Source: Parcubacteria group bacterium CG1_02_58_44
GTDB taxonomy: Bacteria > Patescibacteriota > Patescibacteriia > SG8-24
DNA length: 64,000 nucleotides
Assembly: GCA_001872545.1 (NCBI GenBank)
Contig: MNWN01000041.1
Coordinates: 218 to 64,217 of the forward strand
Direction of reading: 5' to 3'
Positions 17,880 to 28,676 of the stretch are shown piece by piece. Both the position numbers and the translations under genes were made by a program. The notes below the pieces were generated by a model. The model searched no databases, was not told the DNA's origin, and saw only the letters and a list, made by a program, of their open reading frames with translations. Position 1 is the first letter of the stretch. Each line of letters opens with the position of its first letter.

Positions 17880-19342
17880 GGCACCAAATCGCTGACCCCA
17901 TGGCCACGCCTCAAAAGGATATTCGCGGCCGTACGCAGTTCAGAGACAGTCATACCGCCGAGTGCCAGCAGCATTCCGGAATAGACCGCCACTCCGACCG
18001 GAACCAGCAGCACAACATGAACCTTTCCGCGTGTGACCAGAAGCACCGCGGCCATGACCGCAGCGGCGGCAGCCGTCTTCAGGGCAGCAGACCAGAAACG
18101 ACGTCCGTCGACCTTAACGACCTGGCGCATGAACAACGCCGCCGAACCCCAGAGCACGAAATTGCCGACCAAGGCGGCGATCGCCGCTCCGACCGGGCCG
18201 AATTTCGGAATGAGCATGGCGTTGAGGGCGATGTTGATCACCATAGTCAGTCCCATGGACAGCGTGTTCTTCCCCTGTCGATCGCTGGCGTTAAGCAGCG
18301 ATCCGGCCGGCCAGTACAGGAATGCGAATACCAGTGAGGCCATCAGGACCTGCAGCGGCAGCACCGATCCGTAGAATTCGGGACCGTACAGCAGCGCGAT
18401 GAACTGCGGTGCCAGCACTGCGACACCTACCGCCAGCGGCAGCGACAGGAACATCAGATACACCACCGAGACAGTAAACAGCTGCGACAACCGGCCTCGA
18501 TCGTTGACGTAGTGCTCGCTCATGGCCGGATAGACCGCCGCCGCGAAGGCCATGGGCAGGAACTGGAAGGAAAAGGCAATCTTATAGGCCACACCGTAGA
18601 TGCCCACCGATGCCTCGGAGATCAGCTTCGACAGCATCACCGAGTCGATGTACGAATAGATCCTCGAGAAGACCCCGGCTAATGCGAACGGCAGCGTCAC
18701 CCTCCAGAAAAAAAGAAGCACTGGCCTCTCCAGACGCAGGTCGAGCGGCTGCAGTCCGAATTTTTTCTTCAATACCAGACCGGCCCACGACACATTGAAG
18801 GTACTGCCGCAGAGCAGGGCCACGACCAGGAAGTGGAGCGGCAGGTGAAACAGCAGAAAGGCGATGCCGGAACAAATCACGATGGCCTGTCCGCCGACCA
18901 CGCCTACCGCTTCGTAGCGCAGGTTCTGGAAGCCGCGCATGGCCGCGTACATAACCAAATGTATCGAGTCCACGACCATGACCACGCTGGCGATCGTTAT
19001 CATTAGCCTGGTCTCCGGATGATAGTTCAAGATTCGGGCGGTGATGTAGACTGCCCCGACGGTCAGCACGGCCAGAATGACCTTGATGCCCAGCACGTTA
19101 GCCAGAAGAGAGCCGGCCCGAGCACGGTTCTTGGCTACCTCCCGCACCAGCACATTGGCCAAACCCAAATCAACGAAAATCGAGAACATGGTGGTCAGCG
19201 ACACGGCCAGAAAATAGCGACCGGCCCCGTCCACCCCCACGGTCCGGGCGATGATCGTAAAATAAACGAAGGACAGCACTTTCTGTCCCACGAACGCCGT
19301 CACCAGATAGGCCGTATTTCTCATCACCCGTCCATCCGACAT
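17876..19342 (-). CDS. Polysaccharide flippase (Wzx/MurJ-like)
   Basis: About 14 TM segments, DLGL...VREVA, IDSVML...VGIYGVA; within a GT operon. Confidence 0.9.
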   Translation of the reverse strand: MSDGRVMRNTAYLVTAFVGQKVLSFVYFTIIARTVGVDGAGRYFLAVSLTTMFSIFVDLGLANVLVREVAKNRARAGSLLANVLGIKVILAVLTVGAVYITARILNYHPETRLMITIASVVMVVDSIHLVMYAAMRGFQNLRYEAVGVVGGQAIVICSGIAFLLFHLPLHFLVVALLCGSTFNVSWAGLVLKKKFGLQPLDLRLERPVLLFFWRVTLPFALAGVFSRIYSYIDSVMLSKLISEASVGIYGVAYKIAFSFQFLPMAFAAAVYPAMSEHYVNDRGRLSQLFTVSVVYLMFLSLPLAVGVAVLAPQFIALLYGPEFYGSVLPLQVLMASLVFAFLYWPAGSLLNASDRQGKNTLSMGLTMVINIALNAMLIPKFGPVGAAIAALVGNFVLWGSAALFMRQVVKVDGRRFWSAALKTAAAAAVMAAVLLVTRGKVHVVLLVPVGVAVYSGMLLALGGMTVSELRTAANILLRRGHGVSDLVP

Positions 19343-19451
19343 ACGACTGAATTTTACCGGCTGAGGACGACGCTTACAAGGCGAAACTCAAGCCCGAATC
19401 TTGACCCAAGGCTGATTTAATGATAAAATTTGAACCTGGAGGTTCTTTGGA

Positions 19452-20194
19452 ATGGAACAAATCAGAATAAGCGGAGGCCGTTCACTCACCGATGGCGTTG
19501 CCTTTGCTACTGATCGATGTGTGGCCACAGCCAGACGGACCGACGGAACCGTAGTCTGCGAACTGAGATGGTTCTCCAATCCAGTACTCCGCTGGATAAA
19601 TTTCAAGAAGAAATTCCGCTTTCTGCCCCACCTGCTGACCACATTGGTCTCGCCATGGATCGGTCTGGAGAAACCACGCAGCAGACTCATCTTTGTGGAT
19701 ATCCTGACCGGCATCTGTCTCGCGATGTCATTCCATATCGAGAGTATGCTAGTTGCTGCAGCTATATCGATGCTAGTCGTCGGTCTTGGTATCAAGCTGA
19801 TCATCATGTATGACGGACTGAAGGCCTACCATGCGACCGAACACATGGCATTCAACGCCTACGTATTCGCCGGTTCGACCGATATCGAAACCATTCAAAG
19901 ACAGGATCGGTTCAATCCCGTCTGTGGAACCAGCCTAATTGCACCTCTAGCTCTGGCCTAGCAATGGCTCCATTTATTGCGCTGTGCTCAGGCATGACTC
20001 TGAGCATCAGTTCGGCACTACTCCTAGAGGGTGTGTTACTACTCAACTCACTCGTCGGATGGCACCGAATGCCTCTGTTCAAAGAAATCAACCGGTGGCT
20101 GCAGATTAGATTCACTACTTCACCTCCGAACAAAAGTCAGCTCGAAGTCGCAAAGTCGGCGCTCGATGCAGTCCTCGCTGCCGGCCGTAACTAA
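19452..20194 (+). pseudogene. DUF1385-like membrane protein, frameshifted near 19958
   Basis: ORF1 has GGRSLTDGV, YHATEH and CGTS. ORF2, in another frame, has WLQ.RFTTSPP...QLEVAKSAL, the family's C-terminus. Confidence 0.7.
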
Positions 20195-20304
20195 TCGAAA
20201 ACATGACGAAACTCTGGCACGTCCTATCTGGGACGTGCCTTATTTTTAAACCAAAGGACAGACCGCCACGGTCTGTCCTTTCTATCATCGACCCAATTGA
20301 TCGA

Positions 20305-20865
20305 CTAACGCTTGCTCCACTGTGGGGCGCGACGAGCCCGCTTCAGGCCGTACTTCTTCCGCTCCTTCTCCCGCGGATCGCGGGTCAGGAACCCCTCAAC
20401 CTTAAGACTAGAACGAAGGTCGGCATTGAACACCAAAAGTGCCCGAGAAATGCCCAGTCTGACCGCCTCGGCCTGACCGCGCATGCCACCGCCCTCAACC
20501 TGAGCCTCAACTTTGGAGACGCCATCCAATCCGACCGTGCGCAACGGAGCCAAGACAGCCTCCTGCAAGTCAAAGACCGGAAAGTACTCCTTGAAATCGC
20601 GCCCATTGACCGTGATCTCAAGCTTCTTGCCGTCGGTCCAAAGCTTGGTCTTGGAGACGGCCCTCTTGCGCCGTCCGACCGCGAAGTAGTAGCCGTCCGG
20701 CCGCTTCTCCTTGGCCTCACGACGAATCGCCGACCGGTCCCCGGACTTCTTGGCGGCCACCTTCTTGGGTAGCGCATCGTCGGCCTTGGCAACGGTCACC
20801 CGCTTGGTCACAGCCTTCCTGACGGTGACTGGCTTCTTTTCCTTGTTGTCATTCAGCTCCGTCAT
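20305..20865 (-). CDS. rpsI: 30S ribosomal protein S9 with N-terminal extension
   Basis: [36 protein letters not shown]. Confidence 0.97.
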   Translation of the reverse strand: MTELNDNKEKKPVTVRKAVTKRVTVAKADDALPKKVAAKKSGDRSAIRREAKEKRPDGYYFAVGRRKRAVSKTKLWTDGKKLEITVNGRDFKEYFPVFDLQEAVLAPLRTVGLDGVSKVEAQVEGGGMRGQAEAVRLGISRALLVFNADLRSSLKVEGFLTRDPREKERKKYGLKRARRAPQWSKR

Positions 20866-20867
20866 AG

Positions 20868-21233
20868 TTAGTCGTTGTGAACCTTGAGTCTCTTCATTCG
20901 ACCGTTCTGAAGCCGATTCTTCGGAAGCATGTTCTTGACCGCACGCCTGATCGCGTCGGACGGATCCTTGGCCATGACCTCCTTGAGGGTGCGCTCCTTC
21001 ATGCCGCCGGGATAGCCGGAATAGTGGTAGTATGTCTTCTGCTCCAGCTTGTTGCCTAAAATCCGGACTTGGGCTGCATTCCGAATCTCCACAATGTCAC
21101 CCATGTCCTTCTGTGGCTCGTACTGCGGCTTGTGCTTGCCCATGAGCAGCTTGGCCGCCTCACTTGCGAGACGTCCGATGCTATGGCCAGCGGCATCCAT
21201 TTTTACCGTTTCTCTGTTGATAGAGGTTGCCAT
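20868..21233 (-). CDS. rplM: 50S ribosomal protein L13
   Basis: [28 protein letters not shown]. Confidence 0.96.
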   Translation of the reverse strand: MATSINRETVKMDAAGHSIGRLASEAAKLLMGKHKPQYEPQKDMGDIVEIRNAAQVRILGNKLEQKTYYHYSGYPGGMKERTLKEVMAKDPSDAIRRAVKNMLPKNRLQNGRMKRLKVHND

Positions 21234-21237
21234 AAAG

Positions 21238-21588
21238 CTATACCAGTTCAATCTGAACCATCTCAGCACCGTCGCCTTGGCGAAAACCGATGCCTGTTAT
21301 CCTAGTGTAGCCGCCCTTCCGGTCCTTATACCTCGGACCGAGTTCCTCCACGACCTTCTTGACCGCATTGTCACCGTAAACCACCTGATTTACGCGGCGA
21401 CGGGCGGTCAAGTCACCTTTGCGACCGTCGGTGATCAGTCTCTCCACCAGGGACTGGACCGCCTTGGCCTTGGCCTTGGTGGTCTGTACCTTTTCATAAA
21501 TAATGATGCTGGTGGCCAGGCTGCGCAGCAGCGCCTCGCGCGGCCCCTTCTTCCTGTCTAAAGTTGTACCTTCCTTGCGGTGGCGCAT
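21238..21588 (-). CDS. rplQ: 50S ribosomal protein L17
   Basis: MRHRK, TTKAKAK, RKGGYTRI, RQGDGAEM. Confidence 0.97.
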   Translation of the reverse strand: MRHRKEGTTLDRKKGPREALLRSLATSIIIYEKVQTTKAKAKAVQSLVERLITDGRKGDLTARRRVNQVVYGDNAVKKVVEELGPRYKDRKGGYTRITGIGFRQGDGAEMVQIELV

Positions 21589-21608
21589 ACGTTTCAGTTC
21601 CTACTCCC

Positions 21609-22421
21609 CTATTCGGAGGATTTTTTCTTGCCTTTCTTGGGTTTCTCCTCTATCACGTCATCGTCGACCTCAATGGCTGTCTCGCTCTCGGTCTCTCCTG
21701 TCTCGTCCTCGGAGGATTCCTTATCGGAAGACTCGGACTGGCCGGTCAGTAAGGAGAAGTAGTCGAGCAGGATACGGACCGACTGGTCGACCGCCTCCTG
21801 CGGAGTAATGGTACCGTCGGTCTCGATGCTCATGGTCAAACGATCATAGTTGGTGACGTCGCCGACACGGACGTTCTCTACCCGATATCCGACCTCACGG
21901 ACCGGAGAAAAGACCGCGTCCACTGCGATCGTGCCCAGTTCCTGCTTCTCGTCCGCTTTTTCCTCGACAGTGACGTAGCCGCGGCCACGCTCGACGATGA
22001 TCTCCATCTCGACCTCGGACTTTTTGTCGGTTAGAGTGGCGATATGCAGTTCCGGATTGGCGATCTCTACGTCGGAGTTCGCTTCGATGTCGGCGGCGGT
22101 CACCTCCTTCTCACCCTTGGCCGAAAGCCTCAGGCGGACCGGAGCGTCGGCGAATACGTGCATTCGAAGTTCCTTGAGGTTCAGGACGATCTCCAGAATG
22201 TCCTCCTTGATGCCATTCAGCCCGGCAAACTCATGCTGGGCTCCGGAAATCTTGACTGCCGTCACCGCCGCACCCGGCAACGAGGACAGCAGCACCCGTC
22301 GCAGCGTGTTGCCGAGCGTCGTGCCGTACCCGTGATAGCATGGCTCCACCACTAGGGTCGCCGTACGTTCATCCTCGCCCGGGATCAGTTCGATCTTGGA
22401 TGGTAGCAATATTTCTTCCAT
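21609..22421 (-). CDS. rpoA: RNA polymerase alpha subunit lacking the alpha-CTD
   Basis: GYGTTLGNTLRRVLLSSLPG, DAVFSPV; ends in an acidic then basic tail. Confidence 0.96.
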   Translation of the reverse strand: MEEILLPSKIELIPGEDERTATLVVEPCYHGYGTTLGNTLRRVLLSSLPGAAVTAVKISGAQHEFAGLNGIKEDILEIVLNLKELRMHVFADAPVRLRLSAKGEKEVTAADIEANSDVEIANPELHIATLTDKKSEVEMEIIVERGRGYVTVEEKADEKQELGTIAVDAVFSPVREVGYRVENVRVGDVTNYDRLTMSIETDGTITPQEAVDQSVRILLDYFSLLTGQSESSDKESSEDETGETESETAIEVDDDVIEEKPKKGKKKSSE

Positions 22422-22454
22422 ATTGATGCTCCTCCTTATTTTAAGTCTCCCGCC

Positions 22455-23084
22455 TTACCTCGAGTAGTACTCGACGATCAGCTGGGGGTTGAAATTCTGC
22501 TTGAGATCCTCGTCCTTGGGCGCATGCAGTACCTTTCCGGTCAGCTCTTTGGGATCGAGATACAGCCAGGATGGGATCAGATGCTGCTCCAGCTTAGCCA
22601 GTTCAATCTGCAGTGAGGGACGAGCCTGGGCCTTGACCGACAGGGAAACGATGTCCCCCTCCTTTACCTGGTACGAGGGAATGGTGACGCTCTTGCCGTT
22701 GACCAGTACGTGACCGTGATTGACGGACTGTCGAGCCAAGGCACGGGAACGGGCCAGACCCAACCGAAAGACGACATTGTCGAGCCTCATCTCCAGAAGC
22801 TGCACCAAGATATCGGTCGTGTTGCCGGTCCTCTTCTTGGCCTGGTCGAAATAGCGGCGGAACTGCTTCTCCATCATTCCGTAAGAGTTCTTGGCCTTCT
22901 GCTTCTCCCGCAGCTGGACACCGTACGGAGTCGGCCTAACCCGGCTGGTCGGGCCGTGCATACCCGGCCGATAAGCGCGCTTAACCATCGGACACTTGGC
23001 TGTCTGGCACTTCTCACCCTTCAGTTGCAGCTTCTCGCCCTCGCGGCGGCACTGCTTGCATTTTGGTTCAAGATTCCTGCCCAT
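22455..23084 (-). CDS. rpsD: 30S ribosomal protein S4
   Basis: CKQCRREG, QLREKQK, LEMRLDNVV, IVEYYSR. Confidence 0.97.
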   Translation of the reverse strand: MGRNLEPKCKQCRREGEKLQLKGEKCQTAKCPMVKRAYRPGMHGPTSRVRPTPYGVQLREKQKAKNSYGMMEKQFRRYFDQAKKRTGNTTDILVQLLEMRLDNVVFRLGLARSRALARQSVNHGHVLVNGKSVTIPSYQVKEGDIVSLSVKAQARPSLQIELAKLEQHLIPSWLYLDPKELTGKVLHAPKDEDLKQNFNPQLIVEYYSR

Positions 23085-23090
23085 AAGTCA

Positions 23091-23588
23091 TCAAATGCGC
23101 CGTGGCTTCGGTGCCCGGCAACCGTTATGAGGGATCGGAGTTACGTCCTTGATGGAGCTGACGATCAGCCCGTTGGCGTGCAGCGCACGGACGGCTCCCT
23201 CACGGCCTGATCCGATTCCACGCACGAAAACCATCACTTCCTTGAGCCCCGTGTCGCTGACCTTCTCGCAGACGTCCTTGACGATGACACTGGCCGCATA
23301 AGGAGTGGACTTTTTCGGACCGCGAAAACCGCAGACACCGGCCGAAGACCAACCCAACACGTTTCCGTTCTGGTCAGTCAAAGTCACGATGGTGTTGTTG
23401 TACGTCGCCTGAATATAGGCCCGTCCGGACGAGACATTCCTCACGGTGCGCTTCTTGCCTCGAGCACGCGTGACGCGGACGGACTTCTTTCCGCCTTTCC
23501 CGTTGGCGGAGGACTTGTTGGCCGCGACCTCCGACTCGGTTTCCCGGTCGGGAGCAGCGGCGTTTTTGTTGGCCATTTCTTCTGCCAT
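23091..23588 (-). CDS. rpsK: 30S ribosomal protein S11 with N-terminal extension
   Basis: ATYNNTIV, KSTPYAA, DVTPIPHNGCR. Confidence 0.97.
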   Translation of the reverse strand: MAEEMANKNAAAPDRETESEVAANKSSANGKGGKKSVRVTRARGKKRTVRNVSSGRAYIQATYNNTIVTLTDQNGNVLGWSSAGVCGFRGPKKSTPYAASVIVKDVCEKVSDTGLKEVMVFVRGIGSGREGAVRALHANGLIVSSIKDVTPIPHNGCRAPKPRRI

Positions 23589-23612
23589 ATACAGAGTTCA
23601 GTTCGTCGACGA

Positions 23613-23996
23613 TTACTTCTTGTCGACCTTGGTGCGTCCGGACGCCATGGTCCGACGAACATTGCCTCGCACCGTACGGCAATTGGTCTTGGTCCGCTGA
23701 CCGCGGGCCGGCAGGGACCTGATGTGACGCAGTCCACGGTAGCAGCCGATCTCCTTGAGACGCTTGATGTTGGCGGAGACGTCGCGGCGCAGCTCGCCCT
23801 CGACACGGTACTGCTTCTCGATCACCTCGCGGAGCTGATTGACGACGGTGTCGACCAGATCGTTCATCCTGGTGTCCGGATCGATCTTAAGCTTAGCCAG
23901 AATCTCGTTCGATCGACTCCGGCCGATGCCCTTGATGTAAGTCAAGGCGATCTCGATGCGTTTGTTGGGTAGTGTTATGCCGGCAATACGGGCCAT
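23613..23996 (-). CDS. rpsM: 30S ribosomal protein S13
   Basis: [30 protein letters not shown]. Confidence 0.97.
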   Translation of the reverse strand: MARIAGITLPNKRIEIALTYIKGIGRSRSNEILAKLKIDPDTRMNDLVDTVVNQLREVIEKQYRVEGELRRDVSANIKRLKEIGCYRGLRHIRSLPARGQRTKTNCRTVRGNVRRTMASGRTKVDKK

Positions 23997-24041
23997 AGAC
24001 TTTCGATGTAACTATAGATTCGCGAAACGAAATTTCAGCGC

Positions 24042-24155
24042 TTAACCCTGACGCTGCTTGTGCCGAACGGTCTTGCAGATCACGCACAGGCGTTTCTTTC
24101 GCCTGATGACCTTGCAGTTGCGGCAAATTTTCTTAACTGACGCTCTGACTTTCAT
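24042..24155 (-). CDS. rpmJ: 50S ribosomal protein L36
   Basis: [37 protein letters not shown]. Confidence 0.97.
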   Translation of the reverse strand: MKVRASVKKICRNCKVIRRKKRLCVICKTVRHKQRQG

Positions 24156-24358
24156 GTTCAAACGAGTCAACTCGTCTCCGGATTCCGGGGGCCGGTTTCT
24201 TTTTTTATAAATAAATAGACCTCCTGTTTCCAGAGGCTTCAAACGGAGAAAGCAGATAGCGCTTCTCCACGCAGCTTCGGAAACGGGGATTTCACGACTT
24301 CCCTGCAGGCGATCCGACTCGACTTCCAGAACCCATCTCGGCCCGGCCGAAAAGGAAA

Positions 24359-24643
24359 CTAGTAGCGGTACGTGATCCTGCCCTTGGTTAGATCGTACGG
24401 AGTCATCTCCACTTTCACTTCGTCACCCGGGAGCAGACGAATGCGGAACATCCGCATCTTGCCCGACAGATGAGCGAGAATAGTCTGACTGTTCTCCAGT
24501 CTGACCTTGAAAGTTCCCGCCGGAAGGCTTTCCTCGACGACACCGTTAAACTCGATGAACCCCTTAGAGACGTTCTGATCGTCACCGCTGGTGCTCTCTC
24601 CTGTTCGCTTCTTTCTTTTTGCTTTTCTGAATCTTGCAGCCAT
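24359..24643 (-). CDS. infA: Translation initiation factor IF-1
   Basis: [31 protein letters not shown]. Confidence 0.96.
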   Translation of the reverse strand: MAARFRKAKRKKRTGESTSGDDQNVSKGFIEFNGVVEESLPAGTFKVRLENSQTILAHLSGKMRMFRIRLLPGDEVKVEMTPYDLTKGRITYRY

Positions 24644-24752
24644 AGTGACTGAAGAGTAGCGAATTTAAGAGAAAAACACAACCGGCCTAGACGACCCCGC
24701 ATTAACGGGGTTCCATCAAAGCAACACCATCTTACCAGTACTCCCCAGCCTG

Positions 24753-25601
24753 TCAAGGGGATAAGACCGAAACCGCATCACTGGCCCCCGACCGCCGGTC
24801 CGCCTCCGGATCGTACTCGTACATGACTTGGGCCAGATTGTAGCCTATTTCCTCCTCAGCGACGACCTTTCCGGTAGGCCTGTCCATAATCTGACGCCGC
24901 AGCCTGTTCTCTCGCCACCAGATGCCTTCCGCATCCTGCAAGAAACGGTGGTCCAGCTCGATCACCCGAAAGCTGTGTTTCTGGTCGGCGTCAGACCAGA
25001 TCCAGCCTTCAAGAAACCGCTCCCCAACACGAACACCGATCCGAAAGCTGTCTCCAGTTCTGTTCTCCGCCTGCAGATCGACGTAGTTATAGAAGACCGT
25101 AGCGCCAGAGCCGAACGGCATGACACGACCGGAATCCGGAAACACATCATAGCTATGACGATACCGTTCGGTGACCGCAAGCGGCGAATGCAGCAGCAGC
25201 CAATAAATCAGGTTAGCCATCTGACACAGGCCACCGCCGATGCCCTCGACGACCTGACCCTGCGACAGCAGCATGCCCGGAACAAAACCACGACGTGCAG
25301 TCGGGTGTCCGACCAAACGCCAGAAGGAGAATGTCTCTTCCGGACATATGATCGTACCGTCGATCCGTTCCGTCGGCAGACGAAGATTTATGACCTTATT
25401 GTACTGCAGCCTCGGATCGGACACTCCCAGGGTCCTGATCAGGACCGACCTATGACGGCAGACACGGAACGGCGTCTCGGGCGACTTCCTCGGTCCAGCG
25501 AACCGACGACCGCCGAACAGCGAAAGAACGGCCCGGACAAGCCGATGCCGTTCCACGTTCATGGCATACAGCCATGGGTGTCTTGAAACACTGATGGACA
25601 T
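24753..25601 (-). CDS. VanW family protein
   Basis: NKVINL, FSFWRLVG, GIGGGLCQ, ERYRHS. Start uncertain (may be 25562). Confidence 0.85.
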   Translation of the reverse strand: MSISVSRHPWLYAMNVERHRLVRAVLSLFGGRRFAGPRKSPETPFRVCRHRSVLIRTLGVSDPRLQYNKVINLRLPTERIDGTIICPEETFSFWRLVGHPTARRGFVPGMLLSQGQVVEGIGGGLCQMANLIYWLLLHSPLAVTERYRHSYDVFPDSGRVMPFGSGATVFYNYVDLQAENRTGDSFRIGVRVGERFLEGWIWSDADQKHSFRVIELDHRFLQDAEGIWWRENRLRRQIMDRPTGKVVAEEEIGYNLAQVMYEYDPEADRRSGASDAVSVLSP

Positions 25602-25619
25602 CTGTTATGTGGCCGTGAA

Positions 25620-27482
25620 TCAGCCCACTGTTGCCTTGATCCGCCTGATGCCGGCCGAGGACGATTCCTCCTTCTTGATCCGGAATCCGCCCAGCTCCCC
25701 GGTCCGTTCGACATGAGGTCCGCCGCAAATCTCGGTCGAGAAATATCCGGCCTCCGGACTGCCGACAAAGTAGACCTTCACCTTGTTGCCAAGGGTCGCG
25801 TACTTGTCTTCGAACAGGCCGATCGCGCCGGCAGCCTTGGCCTCCTCGACGGTCATCATCTCGAAGTGCACCGGCAGGTCGGCGTTGATCTGCTCGTTAA
25901 CGATGCGTTCGACCTCAGACTTCTGTCCATCAGTCATCTTTTCGCCGTGCGTGAAGTCGAAGCGCAGCCGGTCCTTGGTGATGTTGGAGCCTTTCTGCTC
26001 GACATAATCGCCGAGTACCTGACGCAGCGCACGATGAAGCAGATGGGTGGCGGTATGAAGCCGCACCACCTCCTCGGAGTTATCGGCCAATCCGCCGGAG
26101 AACTTCTGCTCGGCACCGACACGCGACATCTCCTGATGCTTTTTCATCTCGGTATCCCATTCCGCCTGATCGACCTTCAACCCAGTCCCCTCTTCGGTCA
26201 TTTCCTTGGGAAAACCGTAGGTTTCGTAGAGATGAAAGGCATCCTTGCCGGAAAAGTGATACAGACCCGATGATCCTTCTGATCCAATACGCAACGCATG
26301 CAGTTCCTTTAACCCGCGTTCCAGCGTCTTCTTGAACTGCCTTTCCTCAGTCTCCAGCTCATCCAACACGAACTGCCGTCGAGAAACCAATTCGGGGTAG
26401 GCCTCACCGTTGGCTTCGATCACGCTCTCCGCCACCCGTGACATAAAATGTTCGCCGATACCGATACCGTGACCCCACCTAACGGCCCGACGAATGAGCC
26501 GCCGAACGATATAGCCCTGATCCTTGTTCGACGGCACTACACCATGTTCGTCTGCCAAAATGAAGCAGGCCGCACGAACGTGGTCCGCGATAATTCGCAT
26601 GGCCCACAAGTCTACATCATGAACGTCGGCGTACTTACGACCGGAGATCTCCTCTAACCTGTCGATGATCGGCCGAAACAGGTCGGTCTCGAACACGCTT
26701 CCCGCCTCCTGCATCAACATGACTAGTCGCTCAAAGCCACCACCGAAGTCCACACACCTCTGGGCGAGCGGCTCAAACTGTCCGTCCGTGGTCTTCTGGT
26801 ATTGAAGGAAAACATTATTGCCGATCTCCAGATAGCGTCCGCAACCACAAGCCGGACCGCACTGCCCTTCATGGGGTCCGTCGTTCCAGTGTTTGGTCAG
26901 ATCCTCATCTCCCAGCCGATCGTAGAATATTTCCGAATCCGGACCGCACGGACCGGTCTGCCCGGCTGGCCCCCACCAATTCTCTTTCCGATCATAGGCG
27001 TGAATGCGCTCCCCAACCTTGGCCTCGATGCCATGCTTGGCAAAAATATCCCGCCAGATACTGATCGCCTCCTCGTCCCGCGGCGCTGTCGCATCACCCT
27101 CAAAGACCGTGACGTACAGCCGGTCGGCTGGCAATCCCATCCCCTCCTCCGCAGAAGTCAAAAACTCGAAAGTCCAAGCGAGTGCCTCGGCCTTAAAGTA
27201 GTCCCCGAGCGACCAATTCCCGAGCATCTCGAAGAAGGTCAGGTGACTGGCGTCGCCTACCTCGTCGATGTCACCGGTGCGAATACACTTCTGGACGTCA
27301 GTCAGGCGCTGACCGGCTGGATGCGGCTCTCCCAGCAGATACGGCACCAACGGATGCATACCGGCGGTCGTAAACAGCACAGTCGGGTCGTTCTCCGGAA
27401 TTAACGACGCCGATGGAATGACCGCATGGCCGCGTTTCGCAAAGAACTCCAGGTAACGCCGTCGTATCTCGGATGACTTCAT
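25620..27482 (-). CDS. alaS: Alanine--tRNA ligase (short form without C-Ala domain)
   Basis: LFTTAGM, FFEMLGNWS, IADHVRA, HTATHLL, EICGGPHV, GIRRIKA then stop. Confidence 0.96.
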   Translation of the reverse strand: MKSSEIRRRYLEFFAKRGHAVIPSASLIPENDPTVLFTTAGMHPLVPYLLGEPHPAGQRLTDVQKCIRTGDIDEVGDASHLTFFEMLGNWSLGDYFKAEALAWTFEFLTSAEEGMGLPADRLYVTVFEGDATAPRDEEAISIWRDIFAKHGIEAKVGERIHAYDRKENWWGPAGQTGPCGPDSEIFYDRLGDEDLTKHWNDGPHEGQCGPACGCGRYLEIGNNVFLQYQKTTDGQFEPLAQRCVDFGGGFERLVMLMQEAGSVFETDLFRPIIDRLEEISGRKYADVHDVDLWAMRIIADHVRAACFILADEHGVVPSNKDQGYIVRRLIRRAVRWGHGIGIGEHFMSRVAESVIEANGEAYPELVSRRQFVLDELETEERQFKKTLERGLKELHALRIGSEGSSGLYHFSGKDAFHLYETYGFPKEMTEEGTGLKVDQAEWDTEMKKHQEMSRVGAEQKFSGGLADNSEEVVRLHTATHLLHRALRQVLGDYVEQKGSNITKDRLRFDFTHGEKMTDGQKSEVERIVNEQINADLPVHFEMMTVEEAKAAGAIGLFEDKYATLGNKVKVYFVGSPEAGYFSTEICGGPHVERTGELGGFRIKKEESSSAGIRRIKATVG

Positions 27483-27513
27483 TCTTTTTGCGACTAAACA
27501 CTTGCTTATCGTC

Positions 27514-28143
27514 CTACTTGCACTCCCCGGACAAATCTCCAAGACAACGCCAGTTGGCTTCCGTACCGTTCAGAAAGATCTTGTAGTCAGGACTGTACTG
27601 TCTGACGGTAGCCTCGATCTGCTCCTTGATGCGCGGGTCGGCACAGGTGCCGGGCGAGTTCGCCTCGCCGCTGATCCAAACTTCAGTCGTAGCTCCATTC
27701 TCGCCGCTCTGCTGAACCTTGTCGAGTTTGAAGGTCGACTCCCATAACGAGTTGATCAGGTTACCGTAGGCCGGTTCCTTGGACGCCAACAAGGTGCTGA
27801 TCGCGTCGGCCACCACATCATCCGTAGCCATCTCGCGGGTCACGCGAACGTAGCCGATACGGTCCAAACAGCCGAAGGTTTCGTCCGAAAGCCGCTCGAC
27901 TCCCTCGGCCGGCGCCTCCTGGCCTTCGGTCAGCACCACCGCGATCGGCAACAGATTGGAGGTCAGATCGTTCTGACGACGGGCCAAGATAACCTCCTCG
28001 GCGGACAGTTCCTGAGCCGACTGCAATGCATCGACATCATTGGAGACCTGATCGAGCGGAGTCGGCTGGATCTTAGGGTTGCAGCCCCAGCCGGCCAAGA
28101 GCAAGGCGGCCAGGCCGACGATTGCGAATCTTTTGGTGTTCAT
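27514..28143 (-). CDS. Putative lipoprotein (GerMN-like C-terminal region)
   Basis: Signal peptide ending LLAGWGC; C-terminal GTCADPRIKEQIEATVRQY. Confidence 0.7.
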   Translation of the reverse strand: MNTKRFAIVGLAALLLAGWGCNPKIQPTPLDQVSNDVDALQSAQELSAEEVILARRQNDLTSNLLPIAVVLTEGQEAPAEGVERLSDETFGCLDRIGYVRVTREMATDDVVADAISTLLASKEPAYGNLINSLWESTFKLDKVQQSGENGATTEVWISGEANSPGTCADPRIKEQIEATVRQYSPDYKIFLNGTEANWRCLGDLSGECK

Positions 28144-28281
28144 AAAATTGAGTCTTGAGGGGGTTCAATTAGATGCTTAACCCTCAAACCTTAGCCTAAA
28201 CCGCTTCCACCGGCAATGCCCGACTCAATCAGCCTGCCATAACGAAAAAGACCACGGAAGGGGCCGAGAGAGAAGTCGAAC

Positions 28282-28587
28282 TTATGGAAAATCGGGCCAT
28301 TCGTTCGATTTACGAACGAGCAAGGACAAGACCCCCAGAACCAAAAAAATGGTCAGCGGAAAAACCGCCGAAATGCTATGGGAAGCCAGGACGTGCATCA
28401 GGTTGACCAGCGCCGCCAACAAGCAACACACGCCACTCCACAAAAAGAAGGCCAAAAGTTTCCTCCCATTCCACGGATGCCCCCTGGACGGCTTCGCCGC
28501 CACAATCAAGATCAGCGGCACTAAAAACAGCACTGCTGGGGCGTAAGGATAGAGAAAGCCGTCGACTGTGACAAAAAAAGAACTCAT
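28282..28587 (-). CDS. Small membrane protein (about 3 TM)
   Basis: GGAGG SD before ATG 28587; hydrophobic segments. Confidence 0.65.
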   Translation of the reverse strand: MSSFFVTVDGFLYPYAPAVLFLVPLILIVAAKPSRGHPWNGRKLLAFFLWSGVCCLLAALVNLMHVLASHSISAVFPLTIFLVLGVLSLLVRKSNEWPDFP

Positions 28588-28676
28588 GACCGACCTCCAT
28601 CTTCTTAAAAGAAGAAAGAACCACGAATTACTAAAACGTATTTTAATGCACCTGTCAACCCTGAACGAAACTCTTT

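Noticed and set aside
24753-25601. VanW gene as evidence of vancomycin resistance
   Set aside because: No vanHAX or vanRS genes are nearby, and VanW-family genes are widespread on their own.
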